NCBI GenBank assembly: GCA_963630675.1
Contig: CAVGNR010000010.1
Span: 15,685 to 79,684, forward strand
Length of the DNA stretch: 64,000 nt
Direction of reading: 5' to 3'
From: Escherichia coli
Lineage (GTDB): Bacteria > Bacillota_I > Bacilli_A > RFN20 > CAG-826
Of this stretch, positions 47,589 through 58,075 are shown piece after piece; the stretch's first letter is position 1; each line of letters starts with the position of its first letter. Under the pieces are notes generated by a model. The model was not told where the DNA came from and ran no database searches. It saw nothing but the letters and a program-made list of their open reading frames with translations. Both the position numbers and the translations under genes were made by a program.

Positions 47589-48058
47589 TTTCCTTCCTCC
47601 TTTAAAAGAATAAACGAATCGTGACTTAGGATTTTATATTCCTTTTCTTTTTGAAAAGAACATTCGCTTTCTTCGATTAAAAACTCCTTTTCTTCCTCTT
47701 CGTCCTTATCTTTTAGAAGAACCCTTTTACAAGCGATTCCTTCGTAGGTTTCATCTTTCACTTCTTTAATAAACAAAACAGTGTTGCTATATAGGTTTGT
47801 ATACATCGACTTCTTAAGCAATTTGACGTAATTGAATCTTGGCAAGAGGTTATGAATGAACAAGAAGAGGAATAATAGCAATAATATGGATGAGATGATC
47901 GTTCCAAGGTAAACAAAGAGCATATAAGTTTCTCGAGTTTGGAAGTGGTAGAAGAGAATACAAACAGCAATTAACAAAGACAAAATGAAAAAAAGATACA
48001 AAGAATGTAATCCAATCTCTTTTCTTAGTTCCTTTATCTTCGTTTGTAAAATATCCAT
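47585..48058 (-). CDS. hypothetical membrane protein
   Basis: 157-aa ORF with two TM helices. It is the first gene of the minus-strand operon that ends with the LacI regulator. Confidence 0.5.
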   Translation of the reverse strand: MDILQTKIKELRKEIGLHSLYLFFILSLLIAVCILFYHFQTRETYMLFVYLGTIISSILLLLFLFLFIHNLLPRFNYVKLLKKSMYTNLYSNTVLFIKEVKDETYEGIACKRVLLKDKDEEEEKEFLIEESECSFQKEKEYKILSHDSFILLKEEGK

Positions 48059-48134
48059 GAATAAAATAACGATAAAGCAAACGGGACAAAAAGCAAGTGA
48101 AGATGTAAGAGGTTACATCATTTAAAAATGCGAT

Positions 48135-48276
48135 AAAACCGATTTTTATTAGTTAGGAAGCCACTTTTTAGGAAACCGATTTCCAAAAAAATAAAAAATC
48201 TTTTTGTAAGCGCTTTCTATTTTTGTTGACAAAAGATACCTTTCAGTCGACAATAATGCTAAGGAAACTGATTTCC
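48135..48276. promoter_or_regulatory. three related palindromic sites (A/G)(A/G)AAAC(C/T)GATTT(C/T)(C/T) in the divergent promoter region
   Basis: AAAACCGATTTTT (48135), GGAAACCGATTTCC (48171), GGAAACTGATTTCC (48263). They bracket a TTGACA at 48225. Confidence 0.5.
48204..48217. promoter_or_regulatory. cre-like site TGTAAGCGCTTTCT
   Basis: Fits the WTGNAANCGNWNNCW catabolite-responsive element consensus as I remember it. It lies 7 nt upstream of TTGACA. Confidence 0.4.
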
Positions 48277-48336
48277 TAACAATCGTTTGATGCTAGAATC
48301 TCGTTCCAAATAGTCTTTGATTTATAAGGAGAAATC

Positions 48337-50919
48337 ATGAAAAAAGCAAAGAGTTTATTCGTTTTAGCAGCCAGTGCTTTTATTTTGGCGGGTTGCGGTC
48401 CTACCTCCAATGAAAATTCTGAAACAGGATCTTCTGTCGCTCCAAAGCCAGCAACTTCGGAAACGAAAACATCTTCTAACGAACCCACTCCAACACCTGA
48501 ACCTCAACCATCCTCTTCTGAAGAGCCTAAGCCAGCTAAAGCCACTGATGTTTTTGATTTAATCGATAGCGAAATCATCACTGGTGGATCTGGACTTGCC
48601 CAAGTTGGCAAATTTACTGTTTATGGCGGTGACGGTGGTAGTGTTGAAAATAAAGCTTACGATACTGCAACATCAACCTTAAAAGTAGATTTCAAAAACA
48701 CCTGGGGAGCTACTGCTCATCCATGGGACGTGCAAGTTTTCTATAAAGCACCATATGCGAAAGCCGGAAACCAATATGACATCAAGATGAAAGTCACCTC
48801 AACCGTTACTGGCGAAATGACAATCAACAATCAAGTCCTAGCCGTGACCGCCAATCAAGAAGCGTCTTTTGAAATGACAGATTGGACGATTGGCGCAAAT
48901 GAACTAGATACAACCATTTGCGTTCTCTTTGGTTCTACAGCCAAGGGTTTGCTTGCTTCTGGCAGTGTATCTATTAAAGACGTTCAAGTAATCGATAAGA
49001 CAAACGATTACCATACTCTCACTTTCAAAAACGGTGAAGAAACGGTTCGAACCGAAAAAGTTCTTTCTGGCGATAAAGCATGGTTTGTCCCTACAATCGC
49101 TACTCCAGAAGGAAAGATCTTTAAAGGCTGGTTCATCGGAGAAAACAAAGTCGATCCAGCTGAAGTGGTCGTATCTGCTGATACAACCATTGAAGCGAAA
49201 TTCATCGATAGAAGCGAAGCAACCATTTACCAAGTTAAGTATTGCTTAGGTGATAAAGAACTCGCTTCCGATGATGTCATCGATGGCGAAATGGCCAAAG
49301 GAAAAGAATTTGGCTATAACGAAGTTGGTTTTGGCTATAAAGTCGCTGGTTGGTATTCCGATAAAGAATTGACAACCAAATATGATTTCTCTACGCCAGT
49401 CACAGCCGCTTTAACTCTCTATGCAAAAGTAGAAGTTACACCTAGCGACACCTATAACTGGGACCAAGCCTTCCCAGCCGAAGCTTTGACTCATGGTGAA
49501 GATGGAAGCCTTATTTATACCGAAAACGTTGCCAAAGGTGACAAAACTTGGGGAAAACAAATTAACTTCTCTGGCATTCCAGCTGGTGAGGCAGGAAAGA
49601 AATATGCCTTAAGCTTTGACTATAAGATGAGCGCAGCTGGAGGAGAAGTTAAAATTTTCGATAACGGTAACGCCGTTGGTGGAGTAAAGACTCTCGAAGT
49701 AACAAGCGAATGGAAGAATATTAGCATCGAATTCGATGGTGGAACTCTTACTGCCGCTAATAAATTAACCTTCGAATTAGGCTGCGTTGATGGTGAAAGA
49801 AAACTGGAAATCGGTAACATGAAATTGGCTGAAAAGGGATCTTCAACAACGGATCCAACACCAGAACCCGAACCTGAACCAGAGCCAAATCCAGATCCTT
49901 CTACTCAGACGGCTTTCCCATTCGATTATCTTGATGCAACTCATTCTGAGGGTGCGGGCGTCTTTGTTTGGGTCAAACCATCCTTATTTGGTGAAGGATT
50001 AACAGGCGCGAATCACACTGAAATTTTAAAGAAAGCGATCGCAGATAAGAAACTTACTGCAACATATACTGGCGATGGAAACTTCCAAGTGATGGATATT
50101 GTTCCTCAACAATGGGGCGCAAAAGGCGAAGATTCCTTATGTCTCTATATAATCTTAAGCGGTGCTCCAGTTGATAATTTCAAATGGACCCTCACACTCT
50201 CTTACACCAATGCTGTCTCTAACTTCAAAGGAAGCCTTGCCTTCAAAGGGTCAAAACTTGCCAAAGATATTGAGATTACTGCGGACAAGAATGCTATCGA
50301 TATTGGCGATACACTTGCTTTAACTGCTACAAGCGAAGGCGAATTAAGCGAAGTCACATGGACTGTTGCACCTGAAGATGTTGCTAGCTTAGTTTCTGAA
50401 GGTACGAGCGCAACATTAACCGCTTTAAAAGCAGGAACAGCCACAGTTACAGTTACCGCTAAACTTGGTGATAAGACCGTCACAGATTCCTATGCTGTCA
50501 CAGTTAGAGCAAAGGCTACCTCTACAGAAACTCTTCCTATCGTTGCAAACGAAGGCCAAACCAGAGTGGATGGCGCACAAGCCTGGATCTATATCGACAA
50601 TAGCCAGATCGGCATCACGCAAGAGGAAGCCGCAACCCTAGATTGGGAATACACAATCAAAGGTGTTTCTCATGACGAAGCTTCGAAACCACATGATTCT
50701 GAAACTGGTACAGCCAAGATCACTCCTGTTGGAAAACATGTTGATGGACCGGTTACGGATAGTTTAGTTTGTTTATATGTTAACTTCAGCGCTGGTCTTC
50801 CTGCGACTTGGGATTTCGATTTAATCATTACCATCACGCTTAACCATGGTGGAAAGCAATACGTCGGAAGCGCAAAGTTCAATAAACTCAAATACGTCGC
50901 CCCAACCACAGCTGAATAG
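48337..50919 (+). CDS. surface lipoprotein with Listeria-Bacteroides-type repeats, a PEPEPE linker and a Big_2 domain (probable glycan-binding)
   Basis: Lipobox FILAGC. KGWF.../AGWYSDKELTTKYDF repeat signatures. Big_2-like DTLALTATSEG...LKAGTATVTVTA. Confidence 0.7.
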   Translation: MKKAKSLFVLAASAFILAGCGPTSNENSETGSSVAPKPATSETKTSSNEPTPTPEPQPSSSEEPKPAKATDVFDLIDSEIITGGSGLAQVGKFTVYGGDGGSVENKAYDTATSTLKVDFKNTWGATAHPWDVQVFYKAPYAKAGNQYDIKMKVTSTVTGEMTINNQVLAVTANQEASFEMTDWTIGANELDTTICVLFGSTAKGLLASGSVSIKDVQVIDKTNDYHTLTFKNGEETVRTEKVLSGDKAWFVPTIATPEGKIFKGWFIGENKVDPAEVVVSADTTIEAKFIDRSEATIYQVKYCLGDKELASDDVIDGEMAKGKEFGYNEVGFGYKVAGWYSDKELTTKYDFSTPVTAALTLYAKVEVTPSDTYNWDQAFPAEALTHGEDGSLIYTENVAKGDKTWGKQINFSGIPAGEAGKKYALSFDYKMSAAGGEVKIFDNGNAVGGVKTLEVTSEWKNISIEFDGGTLTAANKLTFELGCVDGERKLEIGNMKLAEKGSSTTDPTPEPEPEPEPNPDPSTQTAFPFDYLDATHSEGAGVFVWVKPSLFGEGLTGANHTEILKKAIADKKLTATYTGDGNFQVMDIVPQQWGAKGEDSLCLYIILSGAPVDNFKWTLTLSYTNAVSNFKGSLAFKGSKLAKDIEITADKNAIDIGDTLALTATSEGELSEVTWTVAPEDVASLVSEGTSATLTALKAGTATVTVTAKLGDKTVTDSYAVTVRAKATSTETLPIVANEGQTRVDGAQAWIYIDNSQIGITQEEAATLDWEYTIKGVSHDEASKPHDSETGTAKITPVGKHVDGPVTDSLVCLYVNFSAGLPATWDFDLIITITLNHGGKQYVGSAKFNKLKYVAPTTAE

Positions 50920-50937
50920 TTGTAATTTCTAAAGACA

Positions 50938-50966
50938 TGGGCCACTCTTGGGAGTGGCCATTTTTG
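50938..50966 (+). terminator. rho-independent terminator
   Basis: GGCCACTC-TTGG-GAGTGGCC stem-loop followed by TTTTTG. Confidence 0.8.
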
Positions 50967-51037
50967 TTTCAAAATAGATGTAATATGGTGATTTTTTTGA
51001 AGTTACTCTTCTGTATTTTTGTGTTAAACTTTGTTTA

Positions 51038-51770
51038 TGTATAGCAAGACTGTAAAGAAAAGAAAAATAGTTCCTGCATTTGCGGGGGTATTAATACTAA
51101 GCACTCTTTCTCTTTTAGCGTTGGTTTTGCTAGTTGGTGTATAGGCGCAAACGATAATGCGGCACTTTCCTTTGATGTAAGTGCGGACAATATTATCAAC
51201 ATCAACGATTTTATTCAATTAGACAAAAGCCAAGGGGATAACAATACAGGTATCGCTTGTTTTGACTATTGCAAAGATGGCTTTGTGAATAATGGAGAAG
51301 TGGATGTTAATAACGGATTTTTCTATGTATATGCAAAGCTAAATCTCGATGAGATAAGAAATATATATGGTGAAGTTAGCGACGAGAACACATACACGTC
51401 GTTCGCGATAACTACGAAACTTAGTTTCTCTTCGGGAGATGGAAGCATCTTTTCTCTTATCGCTTTGAACTACATCTACCCATACACCGATTCAGGTGAT
51501 AACAAATGTGGCGTTCAAGCAAACTATAGAAGTGAAAATGAGGCAGCGATTCATAATCTCGTCTCGAATAATGAAATAAACGACTCCGTGTTATCAAGTG
51601 ACTTCAATGGTTTCCAAAAAGAACTCTTTCAGTCAAACAATCATTTTGCTTACATTACTATTTCTTACAATTTCAAAATTGACTATACAAAATGCAGTTT
51701 TGACACGGACATATACCCGCATCTAAAAAATGGTAAGTTCTACGTTTCCTTCGGAATGGGAGGCTATTAA
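51038..51770 (+). pseudogene. secreted protein gene apparently split by a frameshift between the signal peptide and the mature part
   Basis: MYSKTVKKRKIVPAFAGVLILSTLSLLALVLLVGV stops at 51143. The downstream frame (open from 51045) has no ATG before GTG 51285 and continues to 51770. Confidence 0.4.
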
Positions 51771-54700
51771 TGAGAAAACATAGCTCCCTTCTATATATTT
51801 TGTTATCGGTTTTGATACTTATTCCTACTGCATATGCTGCATGGTATATTAGTGGACTCACGATTGAAGAAGCAATAAACGAAAGCACGATCAAACCTGT
51901 TTGCTATATCAATACGAACGAGGCCAAGAATCAATACTATTCCATTGAAACCGCTTTGAATAAATCCAAAAGCGGCGACACGGTATATGTAATTCCGAAA
52001 ACAAACCCGATCATCAAATATAATTGTACGATTCCAAGCAATGTCACCTTGACAATAGGTGGACTTACCAAAATTGAAAATAATGTTCGCAAGTATCTTT
52101 TTTTGGATTCAAAAGGGAACTATACATATACGGACACTGGTGCTTATGCGTATAAAGATAGAGGAGTCGAAAACGAATCTTCCGATAGTTCAAACGAAAA
52201 TTTACCAGAGAATAGAGGACCGCATATTAAAACAGAAGGTTTTGATGACTCTAAACCAGAGTATTATTGCCAAAACAGCGTCACTCTTGAAGCAAAGCTC
52301 ACCATCTCGAAAGGGGCAACCCTTAACATTGCAGGTCGCTTAGGCTCAGAAGGCTGGGGATTAAGCGGAGCTACAACAGGGGATTATTGCGAAATCGTAT
52401 TTAGTAGCAATCAGGCTTCCATAAACAATAGCGGGACAATTGATTGTTGTGGATACATCAAACCAAAAGATAAAAACGTAACCTTAGCGAGCGTGACTTC
52501 TTTAGATGGATCGAAGATCTATATGCCTTTCGTTATTCGTGACTTCAGTGGTGGAACATATTCGGTTGCGTGTAACCCTAAAAAAGGTGATAAAGTCATG
52601 CCTTTTAATGAATGGCTGGTTTGTAACATACAAGTAAGACAAATATTTAGGCATGGTTCGATTCTACAAGGGTATTATGATGCGTATAATTCCCAGTATA
52701 TAAGCAAGGTCATTACGATTAAAAAAGGACATAAGGTGGGGTTAGTCAACATGATTGGTGTGAATAATTCCATAGTTAACGTTCTTTCAACTGACGCAAG
52801 AATAACGATAGATACATCTTCGGATGACTGTTCTAAGACAATTATCGGCACCAACGGAATCATTAACAAAAAAATGAAAATCCGTTTTGAAGGAAAATGC
52901 GAAATCGCCAAAATGGTTATTCCTAATCCTATGCCTGCGCTTTCTTCGCTTAGCTTTCTAACCAACGTAGAAATTGCGGATGTCGACTCTTCAAAATTCT
53001 TCTTTAGCCTTAACCATTATTATGATTTCGAAATACGTGGAACAGTAAATGTAACAACAAGCCAAAAGGTATTGCCAGGATGTAACGTCAAAGTTACCAA
53101 CACAGGCGTGCTTAATATCAATGCGCCCGCAATTTTTGTTGAAAATCTTGATGAAGCGGCTAATGGCGCGACTAAAGCGTACAAATATCCAACGATTTAT
53201 AACCAAGACGTAAAGCCTGATGAAGTCAGGAACGCTCTTATAAATGATGGAACGGTAAACGTAAGTTCGAATGGCAAATTAGCGGGAAAAATACATTCTT
53301 CGAATATAGATTCGACTTTGAATCTAAGCGAAGCTAGCGCGTTGAGCATTTCTTATAAAGAAGGGGCATATGGGAAAATGGAAATCCCTAATTTTCATAT
53401 CACTTATCAAAATAAAGATATTTCTGGAAACGCTAACGGGCCTCTTCTTTCGGATGCGGGTGTGGCAGTATCTAATCTTGATAAGAAAATCTATATCTAT
53501 ACATCAGAAAACAATAGCAGCGGCTGGAAAGAAGCGACAAATTTAGACTCATATTCCATCACGTATCACTTAAATGGTGGTAGTGCAGACGTGAAAGACG
53601 GACAAACAAAGACTTCATACCTTAAGCAAGGCGAATCGAAAATCTTATACTCTGCGTCTATAGCAGATCCTAGCAAGAAATATTATGTGTTTGCTGGTTG
53701 GTATATGGATGCCGCATTCACTAAGTCTCTTAGAGCTGGTATTGAGGTAAAGAACGGAACTCATTTAGACTTGTATGCTAAATACTCATACGAGAAATAC
53801 AAAGTCGAATATCAAATTGAGAACCAATCCGGCATCGAAGCAACTATAACAAATCCTAACGCATCATTTACGTCATTTACTCAAAAAGATCTTACGGATC
53901 AAGGTGGAAGTTTCCTCCTTCAAGAAGCAACATCTGATAAACCAGAACAAATCATGTTTGATGGTTGGTACACATCATCTGACTATTCTGCTGCAAGCAA
54001 ATTAAGTGGTAATGAAATTAACCAATGCCAAAGCTATATGCTTTATGCAAGGTTTGTTAAAGTGCGTCCTACAATTACGATAGATGACAGCTTTTTCGAT
54101 GGAGTTACAAACGCTTTTGTTGTTGAAGAAAATGGAAAACTCTCGTCCACAGATATCGCTTCAATAAGCCAACGATTAAGCATGATACGTACGGACTCCG
54201 ACAAACCACGATACGCTACCGGATATAAGAACGGTGACGTTTCTATTGCTCTCAATGAATTAAAGGATTATGTATTTAAAGAAAATACTACTTTAACGAT
54301 AACCAAATCTGATAAATACTGCATTTCATACGTTTTTGATGCAAATACGATTGAAAATAAGTATTACACAAGAACATCTTCTGGAGCGGTTGAAGGAGAT
54401 CCTTCCTTAAGCGATCCAACGATTCATAACAACAACGATAGACATTTCTATAAATTGAAAAATGGAAACGATTCATTCAACAATGAAACTGTCAAAATCG
54501 TCTCCTTACTAAACGAAAGCAAAGATAAAAATGATTTCAAACTTAATGTATGGTGGGCCTACCATTTTACATTTAATGTCGAAAGTGCAGGGCAAACTCC
54601 GCGATTAACCATATCTTATTTAGGAATAAATAATAAAGAATATGGCAAAGGCGAGAGCATTGATGAATACATTCCTAATGAAGAGACGATAGAAATTGCC

Positions 54701-54853
54701 ATTCCAAATTATTGGGTGTCGAATGGAAAAACAAAAGTGAATTCAACAGATGGCTTTTTGAATGGCTCAAATTCATTCGGTTTGTCGGAAGAATTCCACA
54801 AAACGTCTAAAATGCTCGAGAAAGCAGTAACAGTAACGGTTAAGAAAGGTTAG
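51770..54853 (+). CDS. large secreted or anchored protein with Listeria-Bacteroides-type repeats
   Basis: ATG overlaps the upstream TAA. N-terminal signal or anchor. FAGWYMDAAF and FDGWYTSSDY repeat signatures. Confidence 0.6.
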   Translation: MRKHSSLLYILLSVLILIPTAYAAWYISGLTIEEAINESTIKPVCYINTNEAKNQYYSIETALNKSKSGDTVYVIPKTNPIIKYNCTIPSNVTLTIGGLTKIENNVRKYLFLDSKGNYTYTDTGAYAYKDRGVENESSDSSNENLPENRGPHIKTEGFDDSKPEYYCQNSVTLEAKLTISKGATLNIAGRLGSEGWGLSGATTGDYCEIVFSSNQASINNSGTIDCCGYIKPKDKNVTLASVTSLDGSKIYMPFVIRDFSGGTYSVACNPKKGDKVMPFNEWLVCNIQVRQIFRHGSILQGYYDAYNSQYISKVITIKKGHKVGLVNMIGVNNSIVNVLSTDARITIDTSSDDCSKTIIGTNGIINKKMKIRFEGKCEIAKMVIPNPMPALSSLSFLTNVEIADVDSSKFFFSLNHYYDFEIRGTVNVTTSQKVLPGCNVKVTNTGVLNINAPAIFVENLDEAANGATKAYKYPTIYNQDVKPDEVRNALINDGTVNVSSNGKLAGKIHSSNIDSTLNLSEASALSISYKEGAYGKMEIPNFHITYQNKDISGNANGPLLSDAGVAVSNLDKKIYIYTSENNSSGWKEATNLDSYSITYHLNGGSADVKDGQTKTSYLKQGESKILYSASIADPSKKYYVFAGWYMDAAFTKSLRAGIEVKNGTHLDLYAKYSYEKYKVEYQIENQSGIEATITNPNASFTSFTQKDLTDQGGSFLLQEATSDKPEQIMFDGWYTSSDYSAASKLSGNEINQCQSYMLYARFVKVRPTITIDDSFFDGVTNAFVVEENGKLSSTDIASISQRLSMIRTDSDKPRYATGYKNGDVSIALNELKDYVFKENTTLTITKSDKYCISYVFDANTIENKYYTRTSSGAVEGDPSLSDPTIHNNNDRHFYKLKNGNDSFNNETVKIVSLLNESKDKNDFKLNVWWAYHFTFNVESAGQTPRLTISYLGINNKEYGKGESIDEYIPNEETIEIAIPNYWVSNGKTKVNSTDGFLNGSNSFGLSEEFHKTSKMLEKAVTVTVKKG

Positions 54854-54904
54854 TTTCTATTTTTCGATTTTAAAAAATATCGATAAATGCTAACTTTTTA
54901 AAAA

Positions 54905-54949
54905 ACATTTTACACAAACTCAAAAAGTTTCGAAGTTTGTGTAAAATGT
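54905..54949. terminator. bidirectional terminator between convergent genes
   Basis: Perfect 16-bp arms ACATTTTACACAAACT / AGTTTGTGTAAAATGT. Confidence 0.7.
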
Positions 54950-54965
54950 CAAGTTAACCAAGTAT

Positions 54966-56288
54966 CTAGATGATCCTATTCCCAGAAACGTAATCGAATA
55001 TGCTCAATGAATCATATGGCAAATATAAGGAATACGTTTTATTGATTTCTAAAGGCATACCATCGTTTAGTGAAGCATTGACGATAAAAGAGGATGAACC
55101 AACGACAAAACGTAACTGATAATCCGCTCCAAGAAGTTCTTTTGTCTCTAATTGAGCGTGGAAAGAAAGCCCCTTTATTTCTTTTAAAGAGATATCTTCT
55201 GGCCTTAAACCAAGTAAGACATCCATATCATTTTTCTTTTCTTCTTCGGATATTCTATTTAACTCGTTAGTTAAATCATCGATCTTTTTCTTGTTGACTT
55301 GCAAAAGAGCGGAAACACTTTCGTCACGTTTTCTTTTTGGAACGTTCTCATATTCTTTTACTTTGGACTCAGAATATTCTTTTTCTTTTTGAACGGTTTC
55401 TTTTTCCTTGGCGTAGAAACCTTTTATGTCTACTTTTGAATGGAGCTTGATTTCTTGCCCATCTTCCAAAGAGAAAGAATCACCATGTAAGTTTGCTTTG
55501 ATGATATTCATTGCAGGTGAGCCAATAAAGGCTGCAACGAAAGAATTGGCAGGATTCTCGTATATTTCTTTAGGTGTGCCAATTTGTTGAATGACGCCTT
55601 TATTCATAATGACAAGTTTGCTTGCCATTGTCATTGCTTCGATTTGGTCATGAGTGACATAGACGATCGTGTTTTTTAATTGTTCGTGGAGCTTGATGAT
55701 TTCGCTTCTCATCTGGACACGTAATTTGGCATCTAAGTTACTTAAAGGTTCGTCTAAAAGAAAGATAGGACTTTCTCTAACGATTGCTCTTCCTAATGCA
55801 ACTCTTTGACATTGCCCGCCCGATAAAGCGGATGGCTTTCTATCTAAATATTCATCCAACCCGAGAATTGAACTAGCGTAATGGATTCTTCTTTCGATTT
55901 CTTTTTTATCCAACTTGTCCAAACCGAAAGTCATGTTTTCTTTAACGCTCATGTGAGGGTAGAGGGCATAGCTTTGGAAAACCATGCTCACGCCTCTTTC
56001 TCTGGGTTCTGCTTTATTTGCTTTCTTTCCAGATATATAAAGGGAACCGGCAGTTATATCTTCTAATCCGGCGAGCATTCTTAAAGTAGTGGACTTGCCA
56101 CACCCCGAAGGGCCGACTAAAACGACGAAATCACCTTTTTTGATTTCTAAAGAAAAGTCATGCACGGCTTCAAGGCCATTGCTATAGACCTTAGAGACAT
56201 GGTCTAAAACGACCAAATTTTCCGAGATCTTTTTTTGAAGTTCTTTGGAGAGGTTCTCTTCTTCGTTTTCTTTTTTCTTTCCAAACAT
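54966..56288 (-). CDS. sugar ABC transporter ATP-binding protein (MsmX/MalK/UgpC family) with a charged insertion
   Basis: Walker [10 protein letters not shown], signature LSGGQCQRV, Walker B FLLDEPLS. There is a Lys/Glu-rich insert of about 70 aa in the C-terminal regulatory domain. Confidence 0.9.
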   Translation of the reverse strand: MFGKKKENEEENLSKELQKKISENLVVLDHVSKVYSNGLEAVHDFSLEIKKGDFVVLVGPSGCGKSTTLRMLAGLEDITAGSLYISGKKANKAEPRERGVSMVFQSYALYPHMSVKENMTFGLDKLDKKEIERRIHYASSILGLDEYLDRKPSALSGGQCQRVALGRAIVRESPIFLLDEPLSNLDAKLRVQMRSEIIKLHEQLKNTIVYVTHDQIEAMTMASKLVIMNKGVIQQIGTPKEIYENPANSFVAAFIGSPAMNIIKANLHGDSFSLEDGQEIKLHSKVDIKGFYAKEKETVQKEKEYSESKVKEYENVPKRKRDESVSALLQVNKKKIDDLTNELNRISEEEKKNDMDVLLGLRPEDISLKEIKGLSFHAQLETKELLGADYQLRFVVGSSSFIVNASLNDGMPLEINKTYSLYLPYDSLSIFDYVSGNRII

Positions 56289-56292
56289 TCAT

Positions 56293-57168
56293 CTACCCCC
56301 GTTTTTGATATATGCGCACGTAATCGACGAGCATAGCCGCTTCCGTAAAATCGCTAGGAACACTGACGCCACCATCAAAATTTCCACCTATCGCCATATT
56401 CAAAAGAATGTGGAAGTCTTTGTTAAATGGAGCGTTCTCTTCCTCCCTATATAACGTGTCGTTATTCCAAGTTCTTGCTTCTAAAACAAAATATGGGTTA
56501 TTTTCATCATCTACATACCATGAGATACTTTCTTCATCCCAGATAATTCCATAGGTGTGGAAATCTCTTACGCTTTCGCCGTTTCTTTTGGAAAATGATT
56601 TCACTTTCGTTTCGTAGGTGTGCTGTCCATTTCTTGTCGCATAGTGGAGAGCCCCACTTACTGAGGAATCGCTTCTTCCACGGTTTTCCATGATGTCAAT
56701 TTCACCGCTAATAGGCCAGCCTGCACGGTTATATTCTTCTTCTGGCAACATCCAAAAAGCGGGCCAAGTTCCTTGAATAGCAGGAAGAGAAATCCTCGCT
56801 TCGATTTTGCCATATGTTACAGCCATTTTCTTATAAGAACGAATTCTTGCACTGGTAACATGGAAGACTTTATCGCCAATTGTCGTTTCTTCTTTCTTTG
56901 CGATGATCTTTAAATTTCCATCGCTAACAACAGCGTTCTCTTTTTGATAGTTCTGCTCCTCGCCGTTTCCCCAACCAGGATTGCCATATTTTTCCCCATT
57001 TCCAAGCATGACTTCCCATTTGCTTTCATTCAATTCGTTTCCGTCGAATTCGTCTGAATAGACTAATTCATAGCCATTTTGATCTACTTTGCTTTCGGAA
57101 CAAGAAGATATGCTAGGCAAAAGGAAAAAGAGAGGGATTAAAAATGCTTTATTTATAGACACGGACAT
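56293..57168 (-). CDS. GH16 beta-glucanase (laminarinase-type) lipoprotein
   Basis: Lipobox SISSC and the catalytic EIDIMEN motif. Confidence 0.85.
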   Translation of the reverse strand: MSVSINKAFLIPLFFLLPSISSCSESKVDQNGYELVYSDEFDGNELNESKWEVMLGNGEKYGNPGWGNGEEQNYQKENAVVSDGNLKIIAKKEETTIGDKVFHVTSARIRSYKKMAVTYGKIEARISLPAIQGTWPAFWMLPEEEYNRAGWPISGEIDIMENRGRSDSSVSGALHYATRNGQHTYETKVKSFSKRNGESVRDFHTYGIIWDEESISWYVDDENNPYFVLEARTWNNDTLYREEENAPFNKDFHILLNMAIGGNFDGGVSVPSDFTEAAMLVDYVRIYQKRG

Positions 57169-58075
57169 AATCTACCTCCATTTGAGCTGGCATGAATGCG
57201 GAATTAGGCAATGCTTGATTGATAAATTGCCCACCTATGGCGAGGTTTAGAATCAAATAGAAACGTTTGTTAAACGGTTCGCCTTTTTGATAGGAACTGT
57301 AGTTAGGGCTCTTCCAAGAATCTTCTGTGACCGTGTGGAAAAGATTGTTATCAACAAAGAAGGAAATCTTTCCTTCACGCCAATCCACGCTATACGTGTG
57401 CCAATTATCGACTCCACTTGCTAGAGTGTATTCTTTTGTTACGTAATGGGAATATGTTTGAGTCTGATCACCTGCCGAATGAACGGTGGAGGAGGTTTTA
57501 TTATATTCATTCCCTTTATTCTCCATGATGTCTATTTCACCATTCCATGGCCATCCTTTGTTATTCAGGGTGTTTGTTGGCAACATCCAAAATGCTGGCC
57601 AAGTTCCAGATATAGCGGGGAGCTTGATTCTTGCTTCAACACGGCCATAAGTAAAATCAAATTTGCCTAAGGTCTTTAATTTGGCTGAAGTGTATTGGAA
57701 ACCGCCATAGTTTTCGTTTTTGGCCACGATTTTTAACGTTCCATTCGATACGTAGGCGTTTTCTTTGCGGTAATATTCTTTTTCCCAATTACCCCATCCT
57801 TGGCTACCATTACCAATATCGAAAGCCCATTTATTTTCGTCGATGGTTTTCCCATTGAATTCATCGCTCCATAACAAATTGCTATCTTGAGAAGAAACAG
57901 GGGCCGAGGAAGTTTCTGATTTGGAAGAAGAAACCGGATTTGTAGAGTTTTCTATTTGAGAGGAAGAAGCTTCATCGCTTTTTGATGGGTTTTCTTCGCT
58001 TGAAGAAGACATAAGAAAATCACAGGAGGTAAGTAAAAGAAAGAAAAGAGGGGATATACGAATGATTTTTTTCAT
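57149..58075 (-). CDS. GH16 beta-glucanase (laminarinase-type) lipoprotein, Ser-rich linker
   Basis: Lipobox LLTSC and the catalytic EIDIMEN motif. Confidence 0.85.
   Translation of the reverse strand: MKKIIRISPLFFLLLTSCDFLMSSSSEENPSKSDEASSSQIENSTNPVSSSKSETSSAPVSSQDSNLLWSDEFNGKTIDENKWAFDIGNGSQGWGNWEKEYYRKENAYVSNGTLKIVAKNENYGGFQYTSAKLKTLGKFDFTYGRVEARIKLPAISGTWPAFWMLPTNTLNNKGWPWNGEIDIMENKGNEYNKTSSTVHSAGDQTQTYSHYVTKEYTLASGVDNWHTYSVDWREGKISFFVDNNLFHTVTEDSWKSPNYSSYQKGEPFNKRFYLILNLAIGGQFINQALPNSAFMPAQMEVDYVRVYK

Noticed and set aside
49855-49900. CCAGAACCCGAACCTGAACCAGAGCCA repeat as a contingency SSR
   Set aside because: It encodes an in-frame PEPEPEPEPNPDP interdomain linker with varied codons. 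It is not a perfect nucleotide repeat prone to slippage.
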